IMG/VR virus record: IMGVR_UViG_3300032327_000237
Location: 1 to 35,312 of that record
DNA length: 35,312 nucleotides
Source of the DNA: a virus
Taxonomy: Duplodnaviria > Caudoviricetes
Strand: one strand, 5' to 3'
Part shown: one piece after another, positions 1 through 9,586 of the stretch
Layout: each line of letters opens with the position of its first letter
How positions within the stretch are numbered: position 1 is the stretch's first letter
The notes under the pieces: model-generated
Databases searched by the model: none
Told to the model about the DNA's origin: nothing
What the model saw: only the letters and a program-made list of their open reading frames with translations
Program-made: the position numbers and the translations under genes

Positions 1-123
1 GTTTGCAGCTTTTGAGTCAGCAACAAACGAAAAATTCACCGCTTATGAGTCTAAATTTGCTCAATACGAAGCTAAATTAGGCCAAGCAAACAAAGTAATT
101 GAAGGCCTTATGCAAATTAGCAA
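1..123. repeat. 123-bp direct terminal repeat (left copy), assembly overlap of a circular genome
   Basis: 1-123 (gtttgcagct...aaattagcaa) is identical to 35190-35312. Confidence 0.97.
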
Positions 124-247
124 AATGCTAGTTGAGGCACCACAAAGCGCACCGGATGCTGGTGTTAAAACAAGCAATGCTTTTGCAGACGAAAAATTAG
201 ATGCAAAGAGCGAGTTCGAGAAATTCTCAAAATCAATTTGTTCATAA
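2..247 (+). CDS. Putative capsid scaffolding protein, 3' part
   Basis: Frame continues FAAFESATNEKFTAYESKFAQYEAKLGQANKVIEGLMQ...KFSKSICS to TAA at 245-247; acidic, coiled-coil-like. Confidence 0.75.
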   Translation, partial: FAAFESATNEKFTAYESKFAQYEAKLGQANKVIEGLMQISKMLVEAPQSAPDAGVKTSNAFADEKLDAKSEFEKFSKSICS

Positions 248-264
248 ACTAAAAATTATAAAAA

Positions 265-1224
265 ATGGCATTATCATTCAGCGGCATAAGCGCATATACT
301 AAAGAGCAGATTGCGCCCTTATTAACCGAAGCAGTATTTGCTGCAAAAACACAGACTTTATTAAAGTCTGGTGGTATCTTATTACCTAAGACAAAATCAA
401 GCGTAAAAATCCCTAAGTTAGCTACTAATGCAAACTTTCAAGTTGATGCGTGCGGTTGGTCTCCAAGTGGTACAACAACTTTAACGCAAGCTAGTGTTAC
501 CGTTGGTAAAATCAAAATTGAGGAAACAATTTGTCCTAAAGATTTTGAAGCTTATTTCTCTCAAGAAGCTTTAAAAGCTGGTTCTACTTACGAAGATTTC
601 GGATGGACTGATTTTCAAACTAAGTTCACAGAACAAAAAAATAAAGTTATTGCTAAGCAATTAGAAGTTGCAATTTGGCAAGGTGATACTACAAGTGCAA
701 ATCTTAACTTAAAGAGTTTTGATGGTTTACAAAAGTTAATCGACGCTGGTTCTCCAGTTGATGCTAACGTTTCTGGTTTTGTATCTGGTGGACCGATTGC
801 AACAGTTACAGCTGCTAACGTAGTAAGTATTTTGAATGCAGTTTACAAAGCTATCCCAGTTGAAATCATCGACGCTGACGATTTAAAAGTTATGGTTGGT
901 AACGATGTTTATAGATTAGCAGTATTAGCTTACCAACAATTGAACTTGTTTAACTACAAGGTTGATGGTGATATGAATCAAACATTCATTATCCCGGGTA
1001 CAAATGTAGAATTAGTAGCAGTTAACGGATTAAACGGAACTGGTGACATTTACGCAACAACTTTGTCTAATATCGCAATGGCGTTTGACTTAGAAGCTGA
1101 AGAAGAAAACTACATGATTTGGTACTCTAAAGATAATAACGAGGTTCGTTACAGAGTAGCTTTCAAATTAGGAGTTGGCTTAGCTTATACACAATTAGTT
1201 GTGAAGTTTAAATCAGCAATCTAA
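265..1224 (+). CDS. Major capsid protein (HK97-like fold)
   Basis: 319 aa, follows protease and scaffold, QLEVAIWQGD...FDGL motif typical of Bacteroidota phage capsid proteins, strong codon bias, followed by a terminator. Confidence 0.85.
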   Translation: MALSFSGISAYTKEQIAPLLTEAVFAAKTQTLLKSGGILLPKTKSSVKIPKLATNANFQVDACGWSPSGTTTLTQASVTVGKIKIEETICPKDFEAYFSQEALKAGSTYEDFGWTDFQTKFTEQKNKVIAKQLEVAIWQGDTTSANLNLKSFDGLQKLIDAGSPVDANVSGFVSGGPIATVTAANVVSILNAVYKAIPVEIIDADDLKVMVGNDVYRLAVLAYQQLNLFNYKVDGDMNQTFIIPGTNVELVAVNGLNGTGDIYATTLSNIAMAFDLEAEEENYMIWYSKDNNEVRYRVAFKLGVGLAYTQLVVKFKSAI

Positions 1225-1240
1225 TTAAATTATAAACTAT

Positions 1241-1271
1241 AAAAGGCGGTTAAATAAGCCGCCTTTTTTTT
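1241..1271 (+). terminator. Rho-independent terminator
   Basis: GGCGGTT-aaata-AGCCGCC stem-loop followed by a T run, directly after the capsid gene. Confidence 0.85.
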
Positions 1272-1283
1272 AAACTTTTTATT

Positions 1284-1802
1284 ATGCCATGCGCCATCAC
1301 TAGCGGTTATTCCATCGACTGCCGCGAAAATATCGGGGGATTACAAGCCGTATTTTTAGCCGAGTTCGGCAATATTTCTGGAGTTACTGAAGTAAGCGGT
1401 TTAGTTACCGGCATTACTAAAGCTACCGGAAAAAGATTTTACAAGTTTGAGGTGCCACGTGCTACCGCAAATACAAGTTCAAATGCAACTGCGTCCGAGG
1501 AAAACGGCTCAGTATTCTATACACACCAAGTAGTATTCCCTTTAAACAAAAGAGACTCTACAACTGCAAACATTGTTCGCACTTTAGCTAAAAACAAGCT
1601 AATGGCGGTTACTTTAGATATGGACGGAAATTACAGAATGTATGGTAAAGCAAATGGCTTATTCTTAGCTTCTACTGAGTCAATGAGTGGTACCGCAGCT
1701 GGTGACAGAAACGGATATAACATTACTTTGACTGGTATTGAAAAAGACGATTTTTTACAAGTGTCTAATGCAGTAGGATTAGCGCTTGAGACTGCTGGGT
1801 AA
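1284..1802 (+). CDS. Putative major tail tube protein
   Basis: 172 aa, MPCxITSGxxIDCxxxxGG N-terminus and SGTAAGDRNGYxITL motif typical of Bacteroidota siphovirus tail tube proteins; flanked by terminators. Confidence 0.65.
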   Translation: MPCAITSGYSIDCRENIGGLQAVFLAEFGNISGVTEVSGLVTGITKATGKRFYKFEVPRATANTSSNATASEENGSVFYTHQVVFPLNKRDSTTANIVRTLAKNKLMAVTLDMDGNYRMYGKANGLFLASTESMSGTAAGDRNGYNITLTGIEKDDFLQVSNAVGLALETAG

Positions 1803-1827
1803 TTCTACCTATTAGTTATTTAATTTG

Positions 1828-1860
1828 ACCCTACCTACAATTGAGTAGGTAGGGTTTTTT
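1828..1860 (+). terminator. Rho-independent terminator
   Basis: Perfect 11-bp stem ACCCTACCTAC-aattga-GTAGGTAGGGT followed by Ts. Confidence 0.9.
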
Positions 1861-1873
1861 AATTTATAAGCAA

Positions 1874-2245
1874 ATGTTGCATATTTATAAAGGTGTTGAT
1901 AATAATTTAATATTTTCTGGCTTAGAATTGGCAACAATTACTAATCCGAAATATTTGTTTATTTTTACAAGTGCTACCGAACAAAATGTTATATTTGTAG
2001 GAACTAATTTAAGTACTGACAATAGATATCAAAAAGTATTAGTATCAAAGTTGATATTTGAAAATCAAGAATGTGGCACTTGGAGGTATAAGATTCGCGA
2101 ACAAGTAAGTGCTACAAATAAAAAAGAGGCCTTAAGTGGTGCCATAGTTGAGGAAGGCTTTATGTATTTGCATGAAGTAACAGATTGTGAAGACACGCAG
2201 TATGCGGAACAATGTAACGAATTTAAAACCTATTCAAGTGAGTAA
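1874..2245 (+). CDS. Hypothetical virion protein (possible head closure/neck)
   Basis: 123-aa ORF in the structural operon, GxWxYKIREQ..VEEG motif. Confidence 0.6.
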   Translation: MLHIYKGVDNNLIFSGLELATITNPKYLFIFTSATEQNVIFVGTNLSTDNRYQKVLVSKLIFENQECGTWRYKIREQVSATNKKEALSGAIVEEGFMYLHEVTDCEDTQYAEQCNEFKTYSSE

Positions 2246-4358
2246 AGCTTATAACATTATTAACGTCCAATTTGACCAAGCGCAGCAACCTAAATTTGAA
2301 GAGAAAAGGGGCCGCAATTACATAGAATTTGGAGAAAAAAATAATTACCCTAATTACTTAATAGACCTTTATGGCGAAAGTCCAAAGCATGGTGCTATTA
2401 TTAAGGGAAAAGTAAATTATATTTATGGTAAAGGCTTTGAGGATATAAACCAAAAAGCTAACACCCATGGTGAAACATGGAATCAAATATTAAAGCGTTC
2501 TATATTAGACGATGAGTTGCATGGCGGATTTTACTTACAAATTATTTATAATGCGCTAGGTAAGATTAAAGATGTATTTCATATTGAGTTTCAGAAAGTA
2601 AGAGCAAGCAAAGACTTGACTTGTTTTTATGTTAAGAATGATTGGACCTTAAGCGACTTTAAAGAAAAAGCTAGAGAATATCCGGCTTTTAATATTAATG
2701 AGCCTAAAGGCACTCAAATACTTTTTGTTAAGCAATATAACCCTAAGAGTGATGTTTACCCATTACCAAGTTATTTTCAAGGTTTAAACTATATCGAGAG
2801 TGATATTCAAGTAAGTAGACACATTTTAGGTAATGCAAAGCATAACTTTGTCGCTACTAAGTTAATTAATTTTAATAACGGATTACCTCAAGAAGAGGAA
2901 CAAGCCGACGTTGAAATGGATTTAAAACGTAAGTTTACTAATCACGATGGCGACCGCGTAGTTATTGCTTTTAACCCAAGTAAAGAAAACGCAGTAGACA
3001 TTGTAGACCTTGGAGAAACAAGTTTAACAAAAGAAGACTTTACTAATGTCAATAATTTAATACAACAAGAAATATTTAGTTGTCATCAAGTTACAAGCCC
3101 TATGTTGTTTGGTATTAAAACCGAAGGACAATTAGGAGGCCGTAGCGAAATAAGAGACGCATACCAGATATTCCAAAATACATATGTTAACGAGCGCCAA
3201 CAAGAACACGAGCAAACTTTTAGTAAGCTTATGAATTTAGCTGGCATACAAGGTGAACATACCATTATACCAGTTGAGCCGTTAAGCTTTGAATTTACCG
3301 AGGCTATTATGGCTGCTAACTTAACTAAAGATGAAATAAGAGAGTTAATGGGAAAAGAAGCTTTAGACCCAAGTATTAAAACACAAGCGCAAATCATTAG
3401 CGATAATATTAATTCATTAAGTCCATTAGTAGCTAATAAGGTTTTAGAAAGTATGACAAGCGACGAAATAAGAAGCTTAGCTGGTTTAGTCCCTAAAGAT
3501 ATTACAATAGATGCAAGTGGTAATACTATTACGCCACAACCAATAACGGCTGCAAATGAGTCTATTAAGAACTTAACCGGACGTCAACACCAGAACGTAA
3601 TGCGCATAGTGCGTCAATTTGCAAATGGTAAGATTAACAAGGCGCAAGCAAGCTTAATGCTTAAGAGTGGATTTGGATTTACCGACGACGATGTTAATAC
3701 TTTCTTAGGCGTTGACGATGACCCAGCAACCGAGCAAGCTTTTGCATCAATGCAAGACGAATTGTTATTAAGTGAGTTTGCAGCGTGTGGCGATAATGTT
3801 AATGATTTTGACGTATTAGAAACGCATGAAGCTAAAAACTTTGAACAATTTGCGGATGCTGAAATTAACAAATTAAAAGCCAACGTTTTAGACCTTATAA
3901 GCAAAGATAAGCGCATTACTCCGGAGACTATGGCGATTGTATTAGGTAAAGAAGTAAGTGCTATTAACGTGGCTTTAAAGGCCCTACAAGCGGAAGGTTA
4001 TTTAAGTGTCATAGGTAGCGCAATAAATATATTAAATGCTAACTATAAACCTATTGTTCGTCAACTATTACAACCATTAGATAAGATTCCGGGTGGTGAT
4101 AAAACTACAACGACCGAGGTGCTTTTAAGATATACTTACTATGGGCCAGAGGATGATAAAAACAGACCATTTTGCGCTAGAATGTTACAATTAGCAAAGA
4201 CTAAGGTTTGGAGTCGTGCTGACATAGAAAACATAAGCGAGCGTTTAGGTTACTCTGTTTGGGATAGAAGAGGTGGTTGGTTTACAGAACCAAACGGAAC
4301 ACACCGACCATATTGCCGCCATCGTTGGAATGTAAAAATAGTAACTAGAAAAAAATAA
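2238..4358 (+). CDS. Portal protein with C-terminal extensions (wHTH-like and MuF-like domains); start probably GTG 2238 rather than 2187
   Basis: Portal-like motifs SPKHGAIIxGK..IYGxG, YPLPSY, GQLGGRSEIRDAY, LTKDEIRELMG; C-terminal RPFC...CRHRW; GTG overlaps the upstream stop. Confidence 0.8.
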   Translation: MSKAYNIINVQFDQAQQPKFEEKRGRNYIEFGEKNNYPNYLIDLYGESPKHGAIIKGKVNYIYGKGFEDINQKANTHGETWNQILKRSILDDELHGGFYLQIIYNALGKIKDVFHIEFQKVRASKDLTCFYVKNDWTLSDFKEKAREYPAFNINEPKGTQILFVKQYNPKSDVYPLPSYFQGLNYIESDIQVSRHILGNAKHNFVATKLINFNNGLPQEEEQADVEMDLKRKFTNHDGDRVVIAFNPSKENAVDIVDLGETSLTKEDFTNVNNLIQQEIFSCHQVTSPMLFGIKTEGQLGGRSEIRDAYQIFQNTYVNERQQEHEQTFSKLMNLAGIQGEHTIIPVEPLSFEFTEAIMAANLTKDEIRELMGKEALDPSIKTQAQIISDNINSLSPLVANKVLESMTSDEIRSLAGLVPKDITIDASGNTITPQPITAANESIKNLTGRQHQNVMRIVRQFANGKINKAQASLMLKSGFGFTDDDVNTFLGVDDDPATEQAFASMQDELLLSEFAACGDNVNDFDVLETHEAKNFEQFADAEINKLKANVLDLISKDKRITPETMAIVLGKEVSAINVALKALQAEGYLSVIGSAINILNANYKPIVRQLLQPLDKIPGGDKTTTTEVLLRYTYYGPEDDKNRPFCARMLQLAKTKVWSRADIENISERLGYSVWDRRGGWFTEPNGTHRPYCRHRWNVKIVTRKK

Positions 4359-4361
4359 GCA

Positions 4362-4934
4362 ATGAGTTTAAACATACTTTTTATAAACGAGACTTTAATT
4401 AAAAGCCGAACTGCTATAAGTGATGCAATTGATGGCAAGCAAATAAAGCCATTAATTAAATTAGCGCAAGATAAATTTATTTTACCGGCTTTAGGTAGCA
4501 CGTTTTATAATAGATTACAAGATGGCATTGAAATTGGTGACTTAAGCCAAGATGAAAAATACTTACTTGATAACTATATAACAGATGCTTTAGTATGGTT
4601 TACAATTGCAGAAATGGTTGTAAGTACAAGCTTTCAATTTTTTAGTAAAGGTGTATTGCAAAAGAGTAGTGAAGAGAGTAATTCACCAAGTAAAAGCCAA
4701 TTGGATTTATTAGAACGTAAATATATGAGTAATGGCGAATTTTATAAGCAAAGATTAATAGATTATTTAAGAGAAAATTGCACAAAGTTTGAAGAGTATA
4801 TGAACGTCGGCTCTGGCTTAGATGTAATTAACCCACAAATTCAAGCTTATACCTCTCCTATTTTTTTAGGTAGAAAAAACAATATGCGCAAAATTAGTAA
4901 CCTAGATTTTCCTTATGAAAGCAAGAAGCTATAA
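4362..4934 (+). CDS. Putative head-tail connector/adaptor protein
   Basis: 190 aa helical protein after the portal, AQDxxIxPALG and FYxxRLIDYL motifs. Confidence 0.6.
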   Translation: MSLNILFINETLIKSRTAISDAIDGKQIKPLIKLAQDKFILPALGSTFYNRLQDGIEIGDLSQDEKYLLDNYITDALVWFTIAEMVVSTSFQFFSKGVLQKSSEESNSPSKSQLDLLERKYMSNGEFYKQRLIDYLRENCTKFEEYMNVGSGLDVINPQIQAYTSPIFLGRKNNMRKISNLDFPYESKKL

Positions 4935-4969
4935 ACGCGAGTTTTTAGACAAAGTAAAACAGAAATTCA

Positions 4970-5407
4970 ATGACTTACAACCAAGTAATAAAGACTATAA
5001 AAGCGATATTAAGCAGTCACGCAATGATAAAGAGCGTAAAGGGGGCAACACCTCGCGAGTGGCTTTACGAGGATAGCCATCCGGTTTTTCCAGTTGCTTG
5101 TTATGCCGTTAATACTGGTAGTTTAAATATAGGACGTGAGCAAGTATATAACTTAACGCTTTGGTTCTTAGATAAATCTGGTATGGAGCGTGAATTTGAG
5201 GACGATGTAACTAGCGACCAGTTGCAAATATGCGCCGACATTATTAGTAAGCTAAGAAATGGTGATAACAATTGGATAATAGATGACAATATAACATATA
5301 ATTTAATAAGCGATAAATTTGAAGACTATTTAGCTGGTGTTGAAATTAGTTTCGACATGACTACTTTTTCTGATTTTGACGCTTGCGATATACCATTAAA
5401 CCCATAA
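4970..5407 (+). CDS. Putative tail terminator/completion protein
   Basis: 145 aa, acidic, SDQLQIxxDI and DKFEDYLAG motifs, neck-module position. Confidence 0.55.
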   Translation: MTYNQVIKTIKAILSSHAMIKSVKGATPREWLYEDSHPVFPVACYAVNTGSLNIGREQVYNLTLWFLDKSGMEREFEDDVTSDQLQICADIISKLRNGDNNWIIDDNITYNLISDKFEDYLAGVEISFDMTTFSDFDACDIPLNP

Positions 5408-5410
5408 ACA

Positions 5411-5782
5411 ATGAGTTGCAATACTAGCACTACGGCTGACTTAAGGCCAGCACAATATAATGTAAAAATATGGCGTAATGACTCATGGAGTCAAGTTTTT
5501 GCAATTCTTGCAGACACTACGCCAGTAGATTTAAGCGGTTCCACTATTTTAATACAAGTAAGACCAACGCCATCAAGTACAACTATTTCAATGACTTTAA
5601 GTAGTGCAAATAGTAGTATAAGTATAGGCGGTGTAAGTAGAAATCAAATAACTTTAAATAAAAAAGTTGACGTTGCAGCTGGTTCATACGTGTATGATAT
5701 GAATGTGACGTTCCCTAGCGGAGAGGTTAAAACATATCTTTGGGGTAATTTTATTATAAGTGAGGACATATCTAAACCATAG
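5411..5782 (+). CDS. Small beta-sandwich virion protein (fibre attachment/adaptor-like)
   Basis: PVDLSG...GSYVYDMNVTFPSGEVKTYLWGNF motif, immediately upstream of the fibre gene. Confidence 0.55.
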   Translation: MSCNTSTTADLRPAQYNVKIWRNDSWSQVFAILADTTPVDLSGSTILIQVRPTPSSTTISMTLSSANSSISIGGVSRNQITLNKKVDVAAGSYVYDMNVTFPSGEVKTYLWGNFIISEDISKP

Positions 5783-5787
5783 TAACA

Positions 5788-8700
5788 ATGGAAATATTAA
5801 ACGTGACGGAGCAAATTATTAATGTAAATGCTACGGATGAAATAATAGACATAAATGTAACTGAGGAAATAATAGATATAAATGTAACTGAAGAGGTCAT
5901 TAATATTATTTCTCAAGCTGGAGCTTATCCATTGCCAAGTAATGTATTTAGCGTATTTGGTAGAGCTGGAAATGTAGTTGGTCAAGTTGGTGATTACACA
6001 ACAAGCATAGTAGGTGAGGGAACAAATCTTTATTATACTGAAGCCAGAGTTGATGCAAACACAAATGTTGCTGCTAATACGGCTGCAAGGCATAACGCAG
6101 TTACAATAGGTACTGGAAATGGTTTAAGCTTAAGTACTCAAGCTTTAAGCTTAGCACTTGCTAGTACAAGTACAACTGGTGCTTTAAGTAGTACTGATTT
6201 TACTACATTTAATAATAAATTAAGTACTTCTACGGCTGCTTCTACTTATGTACCTTATACTGGTGCAACTAATAATCTTAATTTAGGTACTAAAAACTTA
6301 TTAGCTACTAATGCTTTTTTAGGATTTACTTCTTTAACTGCATCTGGGACACAATTAGTTTTAACAATAACTTCAGCTCCAACGTATATAGTAAACGGCT
6401 CCGGAGGCCAAACGATTAAACTACCAGATGCAACAACTTTGCCTAATGGGGCTAATTATGTTTTTAATAATAATCAAAGTAGTGGTGCAATTTTAGTAAA
6501 TAATAATTCTAATACTTTAGTAGTATCTATTCCATCTGGTGGTTATTGCACTTTAGAATTAACTGATAATACAATTGCAGCTGGTTCTTGGGATAAACAT
6601 TTTGAAACACCAAGTAACGTAAGTTGGTCTACAAATACTTTAGATTATGCTGGTTCTATTATTAATGCGACATGGAACGGTGTTGCAATTGCGCCAAATA
6701 GAGGCGGAACTGGACAAAGCACTTATACAGATGGTCAATTATTGATAGGTAATTCTACTGGTAATACTTTAAGTAAAGCTAATTTATCCGCTGGTACTGG
6801 TGTAAGTATTACAAATGGTGCTGGTACTATATCAATTGCTTCTACAATTACTCAATATACAGACGCTTTAGCAAGGGCAGCAATAAGCTTAACAACAACT
6901 GGTACAAGTGGTGCGGCTACTTATAATTCAATTACTGGTGTTTTAAATATTCCTCAATATAGTGGCGGAGGTGGCTCTATGGTTTATCCAGCGGCTGGAA
7001 TTGCACTTTCTACTGGTACTGCATGGGGAACTTCTATAACTGATAATTCAACTAACTGGAATACTGCTTACACAAATAGAATAACAAGTTTAACTACTAC
7101 CGGAAGCTCTGGAGCTTCTACATTAATTTCTAACGTTTTAAATATTCCTAGTTATACTTTATCTGGATTAGGTGGACAAGCATCTTCTACAAATTTAACT
7201 TCATTATCTGGTTTAAGTTATGTTTCAACTTCATTTGTAAAAATGACTGCGGCCGGAACTTTTACTTTAGATACAAATACTTATTATTTAAATTCAAATC
7301 CAAGTGCATTTATTGCGTTAAGTTCCGCTATTACTGGTTATACAATTGGAACTAATACGGCTTTAGTTGCAACTGATACTTTGAATACTGCTTTAGGTAA
7401 ACTACAAGGTCAAGTTTCAGCAAGACAAGCTGCATTAAGTGGTACAATTAATACTATTGCTTATTGGGATTCAGCTACAAGCATATCAAGTTTAGCAGTA
7501 GCAACTTATCCTACATTAACAGAGTTGTCTTATGTTAAAGGTGTTACAAGTGCTATTCAAACGCAATTAACTAATAAGCAAGGTACACTAACTTTAACTA
7601 CAACTGGTACAAGTGGTGCTGCTACATTAGTTGGAAATACCCTTAATATACCTCAATATGCTGGTGGTGGCTCTATGGTTTATCCAGCGGCTGGCATAGC
7701 ACTTTCTACTGGTACTGCATGGGGAACATCTATAACTGATAATTCAGCTAATTGGAATACTGCTTACACAAATAGAATAACAAGTTTAACAAATACTGGT
7801 ACTTCGGGTGCTGCTACTTTGATAAGCAATGTTTTAAATATACCTAGTTATACTTTAGCTGGTTTAGGTGGTCAACCATTAGCGACAAACTTAACTTCAT
7901 TAGCGGCTTTAAGTTATGCTTCAGCTTCATTTGTTAAAATGACTGCGGCCGGAACTTTTGCATTAGATACTAATACTTATCAAGGTACTTTAACTTTAAC
8001 TACAACCGGTACTTCGGGAGCGGCTACATTAGTAGGAAACACTTTAAATATTCCTCAATATACTGGAGGCGGAGGTTCTATGGTTTATCCTAGTGCTGGT
8101 ATAGCAGTTTCTACTGGTACTGCATGGGGTACTTCATTAACAGATAATTCAGCTAACTGGGATTCAGCATATACAAATAGAATAACAAGTTTAACAACTA
8201 CTGGTACTTCGGGTGCGGCTACACTTGTTGGAAATGTTCTTAATATTCCTCAATATAGTGGTGGTGGTGGTATGTCTATTGGTGGTACTATTACAAGTGC
8301 AACGGCTGGTAGTATTTTATTTGCCGGTGCAAGTGGTGTACTTGCTCAAAACAATGCAAACTTTTTTTGGGATAATACTAATAGTAGATTAGGAATTGGT
8401 AGTACAACTTTAGGTTCATCTTTACAAATTAATGGTAACGCTGCTATTGGTTACTTAGCAAGTACGGCTGCTCCAGTTAATGGATTATTAGTATCTGGAA
8501 ATACTGCTATTGGGTCAACTACTGCAACTTCAAAATTTAGTGTTGGAAATAAACTATTAATGTGGGATTCAAGACCAACAAATGCTCCGGTAGAGACAAC
8601 TATGGGGTATATGTTTAATGTAGCTACTCCATCTGGTTTAATTAATGAAGACACACTTGCTGGTCAGCCTATTTTAACCCTTGCAGTAAATGTACCACAA

Positions 8701-9570
8701 GTAGGTACAAGAACAACCAGTATTGTTGGTGGTATGTTTAGACTTGACACAAGAACCGCAGAACAAAGATTTGTTGTTTTGGGATACCCAACTGGAGGTT
8801 CAGTTGCAACCGAAAGAATATCTGTAAACTTACAAAATGGTGCTACATATTTTAACCCAGCTGAAGGCAATACTGGAATAGGATTAGCAGTAGCTACCTC
8901 TTTATCTTCAAAATTACAAGTAAATGGAAGCGCTGCTATTGGTTATTCAGCAAGTACAACTGCACCTACAAACGGATTGGCGGTTAATGGTACTGCAAAC
9001 TTTGGTAGTACTGGTACAACAACTATTCAAACGGTAATTAATAATGGTATAGTTATAACTGGAGCTTCAACAACTGGTACTCCAGTAGTTGCTTTAAATG
9101 CAACTGGTGCTGCAAATAATAATCAAAGTTTTGATTTTAGAGTTTCTGGTGCAACAAAATTTGCATTTGGTTATACTCAAGCAACTACTAATAGATTTTT
9201 TATATATAATGCAGTTACATTAAATGATGGAATTAGAATAGTAGAGTCGACAAATAACGTATCAATAGGAAATTTTAATGCACTATCAACACTAGAGGTA
9301 GGAGGTAATATGGCTATTGGGTTTTCTGGAGTCTCAGCGCCTACTAATGGATTATCAATTTCTGGTACAACTAATATAGGTACAAATACGTCAGTAACAA
9401 CTGCAAAATTACAAGTATCTTCAACTACTCAAGGTTTTTTGCCACCAGTAATGACTACAACGCAAAAGAATGCGATTGTTTCACCGGCTACCGGATTAGT
9501 GGTATTTGATTCTACATTAGGTAAACTATGTGTATTTAGTGGTACATGGCAAACAATAACTTCAGTATAA
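5788..9570 (+). CDS. Long tail fibre / receptor-binding protein with internal repeats
   Basis: 1260 aa, very T/S/G/A-rich; SVFGRxGxV, EGTNLYYT and repeated LTTTGTSGAATLxxNxLNIPQY motifs; C-terminal STTQGFLPPxMTTTQK motif. Confidence 0.8.
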   Translation: MEILNVTEQIINVNATDEIIDINVTEEIIDINVTEEVINIISQAGAYPLPSNVFSVFGRAGNVVGQVGDYTTSIVGEGTNLYYTEARVDANTNVAANTAARHNAVTIGTGNGLSLSTQALSLALASTSTTGALSSTDFTTFNNKLSTSTAASTYVPYTGATNNLNLGTKNLLATNAFLGFTSLTASGTQLVLTITSAPTYIVNGSGGQTIKLPDATTLPNGANYVFNNNQSSGAILVNNNSNTLVVSIPSGGYCTLELTDNTIAAGSWDKHFETPSNVSWSTNTLDYAGSIINATWNGVAIAPNRGGTGQSTYTDGQLLIGNSTGNTLSKANLSAGTGVSITNGAGTISIASTITQYTDALARAAISLTTTGTSGAATYNSITGVLNIPQYSGGGGSMVYPAAGIALSTGTAWGTSITDNSTNWNTAYTNRITSLTTTGSSGASTLISNVLNIPSYTLSGLGGQASSTNLTSLSGLSYVSTSFVKMTAAGTFTLDTNTYYLNSNPSAFIALSSAITGYTIGTNTALVATDTLNTALGKLQGQVSARQAALSGTINTIAYWDSATSISSLAVATYPTLTELSYVKGVTSAIQTQLTNKQGTLTLTTTGTSGAATLVGNTLNIPQYAGGGSMVYPAAGIALSTGTAWGTSITDNSANWNTAYTNRITSLTNTGTSGAATLISNVLNIPSYTLAGLGGQPLATNLTSLAALSYASASFVKMTAAGTFALDTNTYQGTLTLTTTGTSGAATLVGNTLNIPQYTGGGGSMVYPSAGIAVSTGTAWGTSLTDNSANWDSAYTNRITSLTTTGTSGAATLVGNVLNIPQYSGGGGMSIGGTITSATAGSILFAGASGVLAQNNANFFWDNTNSRLGIGSTTLGSSLQINGNAAIGYLASTAAPVNGLLVSGNTAIGSTTATSKFSVGNKLLMWDSRPTNAPVETTMGYMFNVATPSGLINEDTLAGQPILTLAVNVPQVGTRTTSIVGGMFRLDTRTAEQRFVVLGYPTGGSVATERISVNLQNGATYFNPAEGNTGIGLAVATSLSSKLQVNGSAAIGYSASTTAPTNGLAVNGTANFGSTGTTTIQTVINNGIVITGASTTGTPVVALNATGAANNNQSFDFRVSGATKFAFGYTQATTNRFFIYNAVTLNDGIRIVESTNNVSIGNFNALSTLEVGGNMAIGFSGVSAPTNGLSISGTTNIGTNTSVTTAKLQVSSTTQGFLPPVMTTTQKNAIVSPATGLVVFDSTLGKLCVFSGTWQTITSV
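6889..8268 (+). repeat. Three related long modules inside the fibre gene (about 6889-7284, 7594-7980, partial 7996-8268)
   Basis: Near-identical peptide LNIPQYxGGGSMVYPxAGIAxSTGTAWGTSxTDNSxNWxxAYTNRITSLT occurs three times. Confidence 0.9.
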
Positions 9571-9586
9571 ATTTAAAAAATATAAT

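Noticed and set aside
1-123. Terminal repeat as a biological direct terminal repeat or attachment site
   Set aside because: It falls mid-ORF and has the length of an assembler k-mer overlap; it shows circularity of the assembly, not the packaging ends
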